6,823 nt of DNA from Octopus sinensis. Its lineage: Eukaryota. The notes under the pieces are model-generated. The model was given only the letters and a program-made list of their open reading frames with translations. It was not told where the DNA came from and searched no databases. The stretch lies in contig NW_021829070.1 in the NCBI RefSeq assembly GCF_006345805.1, positions 1 to 6,823 on the forward strand, in the 5' to 3' direction. The first letter of the stretch is position 1, and the number at the start of each line of letters is the position of its first letter. Shown piece by piece: positions 6,609 to 6,823 of the stretch. Both the position numbers and the translations under genes were made by a program.

Positions 6609-6823
6609 CAGGAGTGGCTGAGTGGTAAGTAGCTTGCTAACCAACCACATGTCCTGGGTTCAGTCCCACTGGCGTGGCATCTTGGCAAGTGTCTTCTGCT
6701 ATAGCCCCGGGCCGACCAATCCCTTGTGAGTGGATTTGGCAGACGGAAACTGAAAGAAGCCTGTCGTATATATGTATATATATATATATATATGTGTGTA
6801 TGTGTGTGGTGTGCTTGTCCCCC
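6609..6823 (+). mobile_element. tRNA-derived SINE, family A, copy 2 (runs off the window)
   Basis: A box TGGCTGAGTGG (6615-6625) and B-box-like GGTTCAGTCC (6657-6666). Colinear with 1700-1940, including the internal (TA)n(TG)n tract at 6767-6813. Confidence 0.9.

Overview
AT-rich, microsatellite-dense, non-genic eukaryotic DNA. The SINE families look like those of octopus/cephalopod genomes (recognition from memory, no database search). No intact host gene is supported. In order: the left end of a mariner-type DNA transposon remnant (1-332, -); two tRNA-derived SINEs joined tail-to-tail (~1700-1973 + and 1971-2126 -); a ~2.1 kb 5'-truncated, internally deleted Tx1/L1-clade LINE pseudogene (3051-5187, -) inside (GATA)n DNA; a short inverted copy of part of that LINE (5644-5827, +) followed by a copy of the LINE's own 5' junction (5828-5861); an AT-rich inverted-repeat element (6245-6500); and a second copy of the first SINE (6609-end). 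The most interesting signals are the apparent (GATA)n targeting of the Tx1-like LINE, the multi-switch templated insertion at 5611-5861, and the sharply one-sided CpG decay within it.
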